Shown here piece by piece: positions 53,001 through 64,000 of a DNA stretch of 64,000 nt (positions are counted from its first letter, which is position 1; each line of letters opens with the position of its first letter). Source of the stretch: Candidatus Chisholmbacteria bacterium. GTDB taxonomy: Bacteria; Patescibacteriota; Microgenomatia; UBA1400; Chisholmbacteraceae. The stretch spans positions 707,438 through 771,437 of the forward strand of contig CAVPHZ010000001.1 of assembly GCA_963704905.1 (NCBI GenBank), written 5' to 3'. The notes under the pieces are model-generated. The model saw only the letters and a list, made by a program, of their open reading frames with translations, made no database searches and was not told the DNA's origin. The position numbers and the translations under genes are program-made.

Positions 53001-56000
53001 ATCTTCTGCGTAGATTCCATAGTCCCAGTTAGTGCCTTGCTGGTAGATGGCGTATTCGGTAGAGGTGGTTTGTGCGGCAAGATCCTCGATGTGAAGCCCG
53101 TAGGTAGTTGATCCGGCTACTGAGGTCAGATTACTGAAATCTAGATTGAGCCCGGTGAGCGCGCCGGTTTGGGTCTCGGCTGAGTCAAAGGCGATGTCTA
53201 CTAAAGTTCCAGTCTCAAAGACATCGGCGCCGATGTCGATAGGTGTGGCTGAATCAGCACCGAAGAGGATATCGACGTTTCCAGACATATTGATTCCTGT
53301 ATCCCATCCAGATCCGATGTTGATCGCTGTTTCTGAAGCGCTGCTGCCGGCGGTTCCGTCGATGTTGATAGCATAGAGTGTTTCATCTCCAGATGGAGTG
53401 TTGACTGTGTCGAGATTGAGATGGAGGAGTGATTCAGTGACTGCGCCGGCACTGTTGCCAAATTCTCCGGCGATGTAGAGCGCGTCAACTCCATCAGTGA
53501 CAATACCGGTTGTGTTACCGGTGAGGTTGATGACTGCTGCATCGACGGTTGGGATGGTGTTGTTGGTTGTGTTTTCCAGCTCAAACTGCGTATCACCAGC
53601 GTCTCCGTATCTCAGACTCAAGTAGTCTGAGATGGATGATTTAGTGATGACTCCGCCTGAACTTGAGAATGCTCCAGCACTTCCACCACCCTGATCGGTT
53701 GAGGCATCCATGAAGGCAATGAGTTTCCAGTCTGTTCCATCGTACTGCCAGGTGGTGACGTCTCCGGTAGCCGTGACAATATCCGTTGTTCCTCCACTTA
53801 AACCTGAAGAGGTGACGTCGAAGGTGATATCTCCATTGCTTTCGATCACGACAAATTGTCCTGGAGCAAGAGAGTCCGTGCCGGCGTCAAAGTCTGTGAT
53901 GGTGAAACTGGTTGAGCCGGTGATCCAGTTGGTTCCACCTGAAATATCTGGGGTTGCGTCCGCATCTGCGAGCGTTTGCTGTGCGCCAAATCCTATACCA
54001 GCTTCCGCCAGGATTCCGATATCGAGATTTGTTCCTTGTTGATAGAGGCCATACTCAGTTGAATTTGTTTGGCTGGCCGGGTCGTTGATGTGTATGCCGT
54101 ACAGATTGTTTGTGCCATCGGGAGTAAGGTTAGTAAGGTCGATGTCTATACCGAGAATGTCACCGCCTGATTGAGATGTCGCCCCTCCCCAGTCGATGTT
54201 GAGGATGTCACCACTGGTATTGTTGATGTCTAGGTCCAATGCTGTCTGGTCAACATCGTCTTGATCAATGGTGAGGGCGATGAGGTCTGCGGTTCCGGTG
54301 TCGATTTCTACGAGACCGGCTGGAGCGATAACATCTGCACCGATTCCGAGTTGACCGGTAGTGGTGATGGTGAGGAAAGCATTGGTTCCCGGTGTAGTGC
54401 CGTCTCCGATTTGGAAGAAATCGTCGTCGTCCCCGCCAGCATCTTCATCGACACCAATCCAGAAATCGGTATCCGTGGCGGTGGCGACGTCAAAGATGAT
54501 GCTGGGGTCGGCGTCTTGAAGCATGACGTTGCCTCCCGATGTTCCTCCTGGAGTGAGGAGGATGTTTCCGTAGTTGTAGGTGTTTAGCGTGAGATTGTTA
54601 CTTTCAAAACTCTCTCCGACGTCAATGGTGAACGGTCCGTATGACTCGATTTGGCTGGCAGTTTGGTTAGTAAAGATCGCGTCATAGGAGAAGGAGACAT
54701 CTCCGGCAGCGGTAAAGGAGTGGGGGACTGCAGATTCTATCTGGGTTTGGGAAACGGTGAAGACATCTGAGCCGTTATCATAGACCGCAAACAGATTCCC
54801 CGTGACTGTTGCATTCCCATTGACATCAATCACAAACAGGTCAGCATCAGTGGTATCTGCTGATCCCGGGTTCCAGGCAAATCTTCCCAGGGCTCCATTG
54901 AGGGATCCATCTGCAAGTCCGGTTGAGGTTGATTCCACATAGAGGGCATTACCGGTGGTTAAACCATCTGCTGACATGGCAAATAAGCCTGAGGTTTGGA
55001 TGGCATCGGCAGTGATATCGATGAGGTTTTCAGTGGTCAGGGCTCCGGTCCAGTCAATGTCAAACAGACCGCCTCTGGTTCCGGCGCCATTGAGGTCGAA
55101 GGTGGCGACGGTGCCGGTGGTGTTGTTGTCATTGACCTCAATCATGCTGGCGGTACGGGCACTGGCCGTATTGCCGATGACCATGGCTTGGGAATCAACC
55201 GCAGTTGCACCCAAGTCGATGTTGATGACGTCTCCAGTTGCTGCTCCGGCGCCGACGTTGACATCGATAAGGTTGCTCGTCCAGGCTTGTGCTCCAGTGG
55301 TGATGTCGATGAGGTTTTCGTTGGTGAACGCTCCGGAGGTATCGATATCAAAGATCCCTCCTCTTGTTGATGAGCTGTCAATATCAACGGTGGCGACCGT
55401 GCCGGTGGTGTTGTTCTCGGTGATCTGTACGGCTGATTGGGTTCTGGCTCCGGCTGAGGTCGACATGACTAACCCTTGAGCGCCCGTAGCTGCGGCGCCC
55501 ATTGAAATGTTGATTGCGTCACCGGTGTCGGCAATGTTGCCGAAGTTGAGGTCAACTAAGTTTCCTGATGAAGCAGCTGGTGGAGGTGGTGATATCGATG
55601 ATATTTGAGGCAGGACCACCAGTGATATTGAAGTCCATGACATTGGCTGAAGCGTTTAGGGATCCGGAGGAATTAATCTGGAAGATGGCGGCATCGTCGG
55701 AGGCAGAACCGGTGCTAGCGGTGGTGATATCAATTAATGCGTCGGTTCTTGCCCCACCTGCGTCAGCGACAACAAAGGCGCCACCGGCGAGGTTGCTTGA
55801 ACCCATGCTGATATTGTGAATGTCTCCGGTTGAAGCAGCGGCGCCGACATTGACGTCAAATATGTTTCCAGTCCAAGCTTGGGCGCCGGTGGTGATGTCG
55901 AATATATTTCCGGTCCAGGCTGCAGAAGTGTCGATGTCCATGAGCCAGCCGGCAGTGTTGGAGATGGCTGCGTTACTGACAACAAAGTTTTGCAGGGCTA

Positions 56001-59000
56001 CGGCGTTGGCCGGTACAGCGACGTTGAAGATGTCTCCGGTTTGAGCGGCGTTCCCAGGATTGATGTCAATGTAGTTCCCGGTTGCGGCTTGGGCTCCCGA
56101 GGTGATATCGATGACGTTTGAAGCAAAGGTTCCCGTGGTGTTGATGTCATAGATGTTGGCAAGTGAATTCAGGTTTCCTGATGCATTGATTTGGAAAATC
56201 GCTGCGTTGTCAGAGGCGGAACCGGTACTGGCGGTGGTGATGTCGATGATGGCGTCAGTTCTGGCGCCGCCGGCAGCTGAGACGACGAAGGCTCCTCCAG
56301 CGAGGTTGTTGGTTCCCATGTTGACGTTTAGAGCATCACCGGTTGAGGCTGCGGCTCCGACGTTGATATCAATGAGGTTACTGGTCCAGGCTTGAGCTCC
56401 GGTGGTAATATCGATTAAGTGCTCGGTTCCGAAAGCTCCGGTGGTGTCGATGTCAAAGAGACTTCCTCTTGTGCCACCAATGTTAAAGTCAAATGTGGGT
56501 ACTGTGCCGCTAGTATTATTGTCGTTAATCTCGACCATGCTGGCTGTTCTGATGCTTGAGGAGTTGCTAATGACCAAGGCTTGGGCGTTGACTGCGGTTG
56601 CACCTAGGTCAAGGTTGATGAGGTCTCCGGTAGCCGCAACAGCACCGATGTTCAGATCGAGAAGATTGGATGTGAAGGCTGCGGAGGCGGTGATATCAAT
56701 TAGATGTTCGGTTCCCAAGGCTCCAGTTAGGTTGGCGTCTAGGAGCCCTCCTCTGGTTTCAGCAGAATCCCATTGAATGGTGGGGACGGTTCCGGTGGTG
56801 TTGTTTTCATTGATGTCTATGAGGGCTGTGGTTCTTACCCCTGAAACACTGGTCAAATCAAGGGCCTCACCGGCGACTGCGGAAGAGATCGCTGCTCCGG
56901 TGTCCCATCCGGAGCCGATATTGATGGCTGTTTCACTGGCTCCGGTTCCGGTAATACCATCCAGATTTATTCCATAGAACAAGTCCCCAGATCCGCCTCC
57001 AGCGATAGGGTCAAAGTTCACATGAAGTCCTGAGATTGTTCCATCCGCGACGATATTTCCAGCCTCCATGATAAGGTACAACCCATCAACTCCATCGGTA
57101 ACGATTCCAGTGTTGGTTGCGCCAGAAGAGAGATCAATAGAAATTGCATCGGCGGTGGGAATGACTTGGTTGGTTGAGCTGTCGATTTCAAACTGAATAT
57201 CTGCTGCATCACCATATTGGAGCCGGAGTCTATCAGCAGCGGTGAATTTATCAATGATGCCTCCACTGGTGGTAAATGGCTGACTGGCCCCGGTGGCCCA
57301 GCCGCAGTTGGTGAGGGCCGGATCACAGAGCAGATCATCTCCCCAGTACAAGGATCCGGTGGCCTGTCCCGGTCCGGTACCGAAGTTGATGACGTTGTTG
57401 GCAGAGGCATCCACATTCAAGCCAATGGTGGTGCCATTGACCGAGAGTCCGGTATTGAACAGGGCATCGTCTTCCACATAGAGGCCATAGTCCCAACCGG
57501 TGCCAGCCTGATAGATACCATATTCATCGCCGTCTTTTGCACTTCCTGCGAGATTTTGAAGGTAGAGTCCGTAGATGTTGTCATCGGTGGTTTGATCGGT
57601 GGCATTGTTAGCGGCAAGGATATTTAACCCTGCAAAGGTGTCGGCGTCATTGCCGGTATCTCCGGTGACATTCAAGTCCGCAAAGATGGCATCAACGCCA
57701 TTTGTAAGTGTACCGACATCCACGATCAAGGCATCTACGGTCGTGTCGGTGGTATCGGCATCTATGGTTAGCGAGTCGGCAGCTCCCAGGTCAAAGTTTC
57801 CGGCGCCATCGACATCAAATCTGGCATCTGGGATGCTATCACCGATGCCAACGTTTCCTGAAGTGTCTACCGTGAGGAAGATGTTAGACCCCGGAGTGGT
57901 GCCATCACCGATGTGGAAGTAGTCATTGTCATCTCCGCTTGCATCTTCCTGTACGCCAAGCCAAAAGTCAGTATCTGTGGCGGTGGCGACGTCAAAGATG
58001 ATGCTGGGGTCGGCGTCACTGAGGACAACGTTACCGGCGCTGGTGCTGCCGGGAGTGAAGACGATGTCACCGGCGTTGTAGGTATTGAGGGTGAAATCGT
58101 TACTTTCAAAACTTTCGCCGACATCAATGGTGAACGGACCGTATGACTCGATTTGGGAGGCGGTTTGGTTGGTGAAGATTGCATCATAGGAGAAGGAGAC
58201 ATCTCCGGCAGCGGTAAAGGAGTGGGGGACTGCAGATTCTATCTGGGTTTGGGAAACGGTGAAGACATCTGAGCCGTTATCATAGACCGCAAACAGATTC
58301 CCCGTGACTGTTGCATTCCCATTGACATCAATCACAAACAGGTCAGCATCGGTGGTGTCTGCTGATCCCGGGTTCCAGGCAAATCTTCCCAGGGCTCCAT
58401 TGAGGGATCCATCTGCAAGTCCGGTTGAGGTTGATTCCACATAGAGGGCATTACCGGTGGTTAAACCATCTGCTGACATGGCAAATAAGCCTGAGGTTTG
58501 GATGGCATCGGCAGTGATATCGATGAGGTTTTCAGTGGTCAGGGCTCCGGTCCAGTCAATGTCAAACAGACCGCCTCTGGTTCCGGCGCCATTGAGGTCG
58601 AAGGTGGCGACGGTGCCGGTGGTGTTGTTGTCATTGACCTCAATCATGCTGGCGGTACGGGCACTGGCCGTATTGCCGATGACCATGGCTTGGGAATCAA
58701 CCGCAGTTGCACCCAAGTCGATGTTGATGACGTCTCCAGTTGCTGCTCCGGCGCCGACGTTGACATCGATAAGGTTGCTCGTCCAGGCTTGTGCTCCAGT
58801 GGTGATGTCGATGAGGTTTTCGTTGGTGAACGCTCCGGAGGTATCGATATCAAAGATCCCTCCTCTTGTTGATGAGCTGTCAATATCAACGGTGGCGACC
58901 GTGCCGGTAGTGTTGTTCTCGGTGATCTGTACGGCTGATTGGGTCCTGGCTCCGGCTGAGGTCGACATGACTAACCCTTGGGCAGCGGTTGCCGTAGCAC

Positions 59001-62000
59001 CCATAGAGATGTTGATGGCATCTCCGGTGTCGGCAATGTTGCCGAAGTTGAGGTCAACTAAGTTGCCTGAACTTGCAGCTGAAGAAGTGGTGATATCAAT
59101 GATATTTGAGGCCGGACCGCCGGTGATATTGAAGTCCATGACGTTGGCGAGAGAGTTGAGGGCGCCGGAGGAATTAATCTGGAAGATGGCGGCATCGTCG
59201 GAGGCAGATCCAGTACTGGCGGTGGTGATATCAATTAATGCATCGGTTCTTGCCCCACCTGCGTCAGCGATGACAAAGGCGCCACCGGCGAGGTTGCTTG
59301 AACCCATGCTGATATTGTGAATGTCTCCGGTTGAAGCCGCGGCGCCGACATTGACGTCAAATATGTTTCCAGTCCAAGCTTGGGCGCCGGTGGTGATGTC
59401 GAACATATTTCCGGTCCAGGCCGCAGAAGTGTCGATGTCCATGAGCCAGCCGGCGGTGTTCGAGATAGCTGCGTTACTGACAACAAAGTTTTGCAGGGCT
59501 ACGGCGTTGGCTGGAACTGCTACATTGAAGATGTCTCCGGTGGCTGCGGCATTTCCCGGATTAATATCAAAGATGTTGCTGGTCCAGGCTTGAGCTCCGG
59601 TGGTAATATCGATTAAGTGCTCGGTTCCGAAAGCTCCGGTGGTGTCGATGTCAAAGAGACTTCCTCTTGTGCCACCAATGTTAAAGTCAAATGTGGGTAC
59701 TGTGCCGCTAGTATTATTGTCGTTAATCTCGACCATGCTGGCTGTTCTGATGCTTGAGGAGTTGCTAATGACCAAGGCTTGGGCGTTGACTGCGGTTGCA
59801 CCTAGGTCAAGGTTGATGAGGTCTCCGGTAGCCGCAACAGCACCGATGTTCAGATCGAGAAGATTGGATGTGAAGGCTGCGGAGGCGGTGATATCAATTA
59901 GATGTTCGGTTCCCAAGGCTCCAGTTAGGTTGGCGTCTAGGAGCCCTCCTCTGGTTTCAGCAGAATCCCATTGAATGGTGGGGACGGTTCCGGTGGTGTT
60001 GTTTTCATTGATGTCTATGAGGGCTGTGGTTCTTACCCCTGAAACACTGGTCAAATCAAGGGCCTCACCGGCGACTGCGGAAGAGATCGCTGCTCCGGTG
60101 TCCCATCCGGAGCCGATATTGATGGCTGTTTCACTGGCTCCGGTTCCGGTAATACCATCCAGATTTATTCCATAGAACAAGTCCCCAGATCCGCCTCCAG
60201 CGATAGGGTCAAAGTTCACATGAAGTCCTGAGATTGTTCCATCCGCGACGATATTTCCAGCCTCCATGATAAGGTACAACCCATCAACTCCATCGGTAAC
60301 GATTCCAGTGTTGGTTGCGCCAGAAGAGAGATCAATAGAAATTGCATCGGCGGTGGGAATGACTTGGTTGGTTGAGCTGTCGATTTCAAACTGAATATCT
60401 GCTGCATCACCATATTGGAGCCGGAGTCTATCAGCAGCGGTGAATTTATCAATGATGCCTCCACTGGTGGTAAATGGCTGACTGGCCCCGGTGGCCCAGC
60501 CGCAGTTGGTGAGGGCCGGATCACAGAGCAGATCATCTCCCCAGTACAAGGATCCGGTGGCCTGTCCCGGTCCGGTACCGAAGTTGATGACGTTGTTGGC
60601 AGAGGCATCCACATTCAAGCCAATGGTGGTGCCATTGACCGAGAGTCCGGTATTGAACAGGGCATCGTCTTCCACATAGAGGCCATAGTCCCAACCGGTG
60701 CCAGCCTGATAGATACCATATTCATCGCCGGCATCGGGAGTGCCTGCCAAGTTCTGGACCCGGATGCCATAGACAATGTCATCATCGGTACTGGTCTGGG
60801 TGGCCAGGACATCCAAGCCAATCAAGGTATCCACCCCGGCATCGGTGATGGTTTCAATATCCAGATTGATGGCTTGCTGGTTGGTGGTACTATCCAAATC
60901 TACATTGATGATGCCGGTGGTGCCGGTATTATCCGTGGTGGCGGCATCGATGGTCAGGTCATTGCCGGCTCCCAGGACCAAGGCCAAGTCGGTGACATCA
61001 CTGATAGCGCCACTATTGATATCGATGCCATTGATGGTCTCATCGGTCACCGTGGTTATATCCCCAGTGGCGGCGACTTGGAAGACGTTTCCGGTGCCGG
61101 CGGTGAGGGTGCCGGAGACATCCAGGTTGCCGGTGGTGCCGCCATCGGCCAAGGTCATCAGGTCATTGCCGGCATCATCTTCCCAGGTAAAGGTACCCCC
61201 ATCGGCAATCTGAATTTGGGTGGTGGTGTCATTGAAGAAGAGGTTGGCATCCCAGCCGGAACCAATGGAGAGGGCCCGTTCCAGGACGGTGCCGTCGGCA
61301 GAGGCAAGGTTGGCGATATTGATGCCGCTTAAGACATCGGCATCCCCGGTGGCGGCTGAGGTGACATCCACATTGATGGCACTGACGGTATCGACATTGG
61401 CATCGGCTCCTAAGGTGAGGTTGAAGTCGGTCTGACTGCCATCATCGGTGATGGTGTTGGTCCAGCTGTGCAGCCCCGTCCAAGCAAAGTCGTAGGCTTC
61501 GTTGACGGCCACATCATTGGCATTGACGGTAATCCCGGTGCCGGCACCCACCGTGAAGGTGACATCACCATCGGCACCCACCAGCACATCATCGGCTCCG
61601 CCGGTCAAGCCATTGCCGGCCACCGCATCTCCCAAGAGTCGGATGGTGAGATCCAAGTTCTCATCGGTGTCATCGCCATTGACCAGGTCGGTGAGGACAT
61701 TGCCATCGGTACTGGTAAAGCGCAGGACATTGCTGTCGACAATGGCATAGGTATCGGTATCGTCATCGGCAATGGTCCAGGAGGTGAAGGCAGAGGCTCC
61801 GGTAGCCCAGCCGCAGTTGGTGAGGGCCGGATCACAGAGCAGATCATCTCCCCAGTACAAGGATCCGGTGGCCTGTCCCGGTCCGGTACCGAAGTTGATG
61901 ACGTTGTTGGCAGAGGCATCCACATTCAAGCCAATGGTGGTGCCATTGACCGAGAGTCCGGTATTGAACAGGGCATCGTCTTCCACATAGAGGCCATAGT

Positions 62001-64000
62001 CCCAACCGGTGCCAGCCTGATAGATACCATATTCATCGCCGGCATCGGGAGTGCCTGCCAAGTTCTGGACCCGGATGCCATAGACAATGTCATCATCGGT
62101 ACTGGTCTGGGTGGCCAGGACATCCAAGCCAATCAAGGTATCCACCCCGGCATCGGTGATGGTTTCAATATCCAGATTGATGGCTTGCTGGTTGGTGGTA
62201 CTATCCAAATCTACATTGATGATGCCGGTGGTGCCGGTATTATCCGTGGTGGCGGCATCGATGGTCAGGTCATTGCCGGCTCCCAGGACCAAGGCCAAGT
62301 CGGTGACATCACTGATAGCGCCACTATTGATATCGATGCCATTGATGGTCTCATCGGTCACCGTGGTTATATCCCCAGTGGCGGCGACTTGGAAGACGTT
62401 TCCGGTGCCGGCGGTGAGGGTGCCGGAGACATCCAGGTTGCCGGTGGTGCCGCCATCGGCCAAGGTCATCAGGTCATTGCCGGCATCATCTTCCCAGGTA
62501 AAGGTACCCCCATCGGCAATCTGAATTTGGGTGGTGGTGTCATTGAAGAAGAGGTTGGCATCCCAGCCGGAACCAATGGAGAGGGCCCGTTCCAGGACGG
62601 TGCCGTCGGCAGAGGCAAGGTTGGCGATATTGATGCCGCTTAAGACATCGGCATCCCCGGTGGCGGCTGAGGTGACATCCACATTGATGGCACTGACGGT
62701 ATCGACATTGGCATCGGCTCCTAAGGTGAGGTTGAAGTCGGTCTGACTGCCATCATCGGTGATGGTGTTGGTCCAGCTGTGCAGCCCCGTCCAAGCAAAG
62801 TCGTAGGCTTCGTTGACGGCCACATCATTGGCATTGACGGTAATCCCGGTGCCGGCACCCACCGTGAAGGTGACATCACCATCGGCACCCACCAGCACAT
62901 CATCGGCTCCGCCGGTCAAGCCATTGCCGGCCACCGCATCTCCCAAGAGTCGGATGGTGAGATCCAAGTTCTCATCGGTGTCATCGCCATTGACCAGGTC
63001 GGTGAGGACATTGCCATCGGTACTGGTAAAGCGCAGGACATTGCTGTCGACAATGGCATAGGTATCGGTATCGTCATCGGCAATGGTCCAGGAGGTGAAG
63101 GCAGAGGCTCCGGTAGCCCAGCCGCAGTTGGTGAGGGCCGGATCACAGAGCAGATCATCTCCCCAGTACAAGGATCCGGTGGCCTGTCCCGGTCCGGTAC
63201 CGAAGTTGATGACGTTGTTGGCAGAGGCATCCACATTCAAGCCAATGGTGGTGCCATTGACCGAGAGTCCGGTATTGAACAGGGCATCGTCTTCCACATA
63301 GAGGCCATAGTCCCAACCGGTGCCAGCCTGATAGATACCATATTCATCGCCGGCATCGGGAGTGCCTGCCAAGTTCTGGACCCGGATGCCATAGACAATG
63401 TCATCATCGGTACTGGTCTGGGTGGCCAGGACATCCAAGCCAATCAAGGTATCCACCCCGGCATCGGTGATGGTTTCAATATCCAGATTGATGGCTTGCT
63501 GGTTGGTGGTACTATCCAAATCTACATTGATGATGCCGGTGGTGCCGGTATTATCCGTGGTGGCGGCATCGATGGTCAGGTCATTGCCGGCTCCCAGGAC
63601 CAAGGCCAAGTCGGTGACATCACTGATAGCGCCACTATTGATATCGATGCCATTGATGGTCTCATCGGTCACCGTGGTTATATCCCCAGTGGCGGCGACT
63701 TGGAAGACGTTTCCGGTGCCGGCGGTGAGGGTGCCGGAGACATCCAGGTTGCCGGTGGTGCCGCCATCGGCCAAGGTCATCAGGTCATTGCCGGCATCAT
63801 CTTCCCAGGTAAAGGTACCCCCATCGGCAATCTGAATTTGGGTGGTGGTGTCATTGAAGAAGAGGTTGGCATCCCAGCCGGAACCAATGGAGAGGGCCCG
63901 TTCCAGGACGGTGCCGTCGGCAGAGGCAAGGTTGGCGATATTGATGCCGCTTAAGACATCGGCATCCCCGGTGGCGGCTGAGGTGACATCCACATTGATG
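50070..64000 (-). CDS. Giant Asp/Thr/Gly-rich repeat surface protein (more than 4600 aa, 5' end outside the window; one +1 frameshift near 55580) with peptidase-G2-like chaperone region and coiled coil near the C-terminus
   Basis: ORFs 55552-63993 and 50070-55643 join if one base is removed, judged by comparison with the internal repeat copy at about 59050-59100. DLAEYF...GDVV...IGIISTQPG...VALAGRVPV...GDFLTSS motif. Confidence 0.85.
54600..60725. repeat. Two dispersed intragenic duplications in the giant gene
   Basis: About 56382-57527 matches 59580-60725 (offset 3198); about 54600-56040 matches 58100-59540 (offset 3501-3502). Confidence 0.85.
60491..64000. repeat. 1311-bp (437-aa) tandem repeat, at least 2.7 apparently identical copies
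   Basis: Identical ORF-track translations recur at 1311-nt offsets (60615/61926/63237; 60776/62087/63398). Confidence 0.9.

Noticed and set aside
60415-63954. Long plus-strand ORFs (305-391 aa) within the giant gene
   Set aside because: Antisense shadows caused by biased codon usage and repeated with the 1311-bp unit; no independent protein features.

Overview
This window looks like part of a Patescibacteria/CPR (Microgenomates-like) chromosome, genetic code 11. That placement is inferred from gene content, short-leader genes and a giant surface protein. The left half (1-31 kb) holds housekeeping and envelope genes: DUF4173-like membrane protein, mscL, holin-like protein, three GT-C glycosyltransferases, a PRTase, an S1-domain protein, two divergent carbonic-anhydrase-like proteins, radA, rho, LysM-M23 peptidase, a cation:H+ antiporter, two tRNA-Ala genes plus a tRNA-Ala fragment, and a TPR/O-antigen-ligase-like protein. 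It also contains two unexplained, heavily base-paired intergenic tracts that are candidate large ncRNAs (about 8590-9120 and 19520-19905). The right half (31-64 kb) is a minus-strand surface-protein island: a giant repeat protein of more than 4600 aa, a four-helix-bundle gene, three paralogous DUF2341/LamG multi-domain genes, and two REP-associated Y1 (RAYT-like) transposases, each with its own palindromic repeat family. The strongest lead is that one 25-bp palindrome sits at or within about 60 nt of the start and stop boundaries of the LamG genes and of the RAYT, suggesting a RAYT/REP-delimited adhesin cassette array. Many frameshifts in accessory genes are single-base insertions and may be assembly errors. 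All family calls come from motif recognition by eye; no database search was run.
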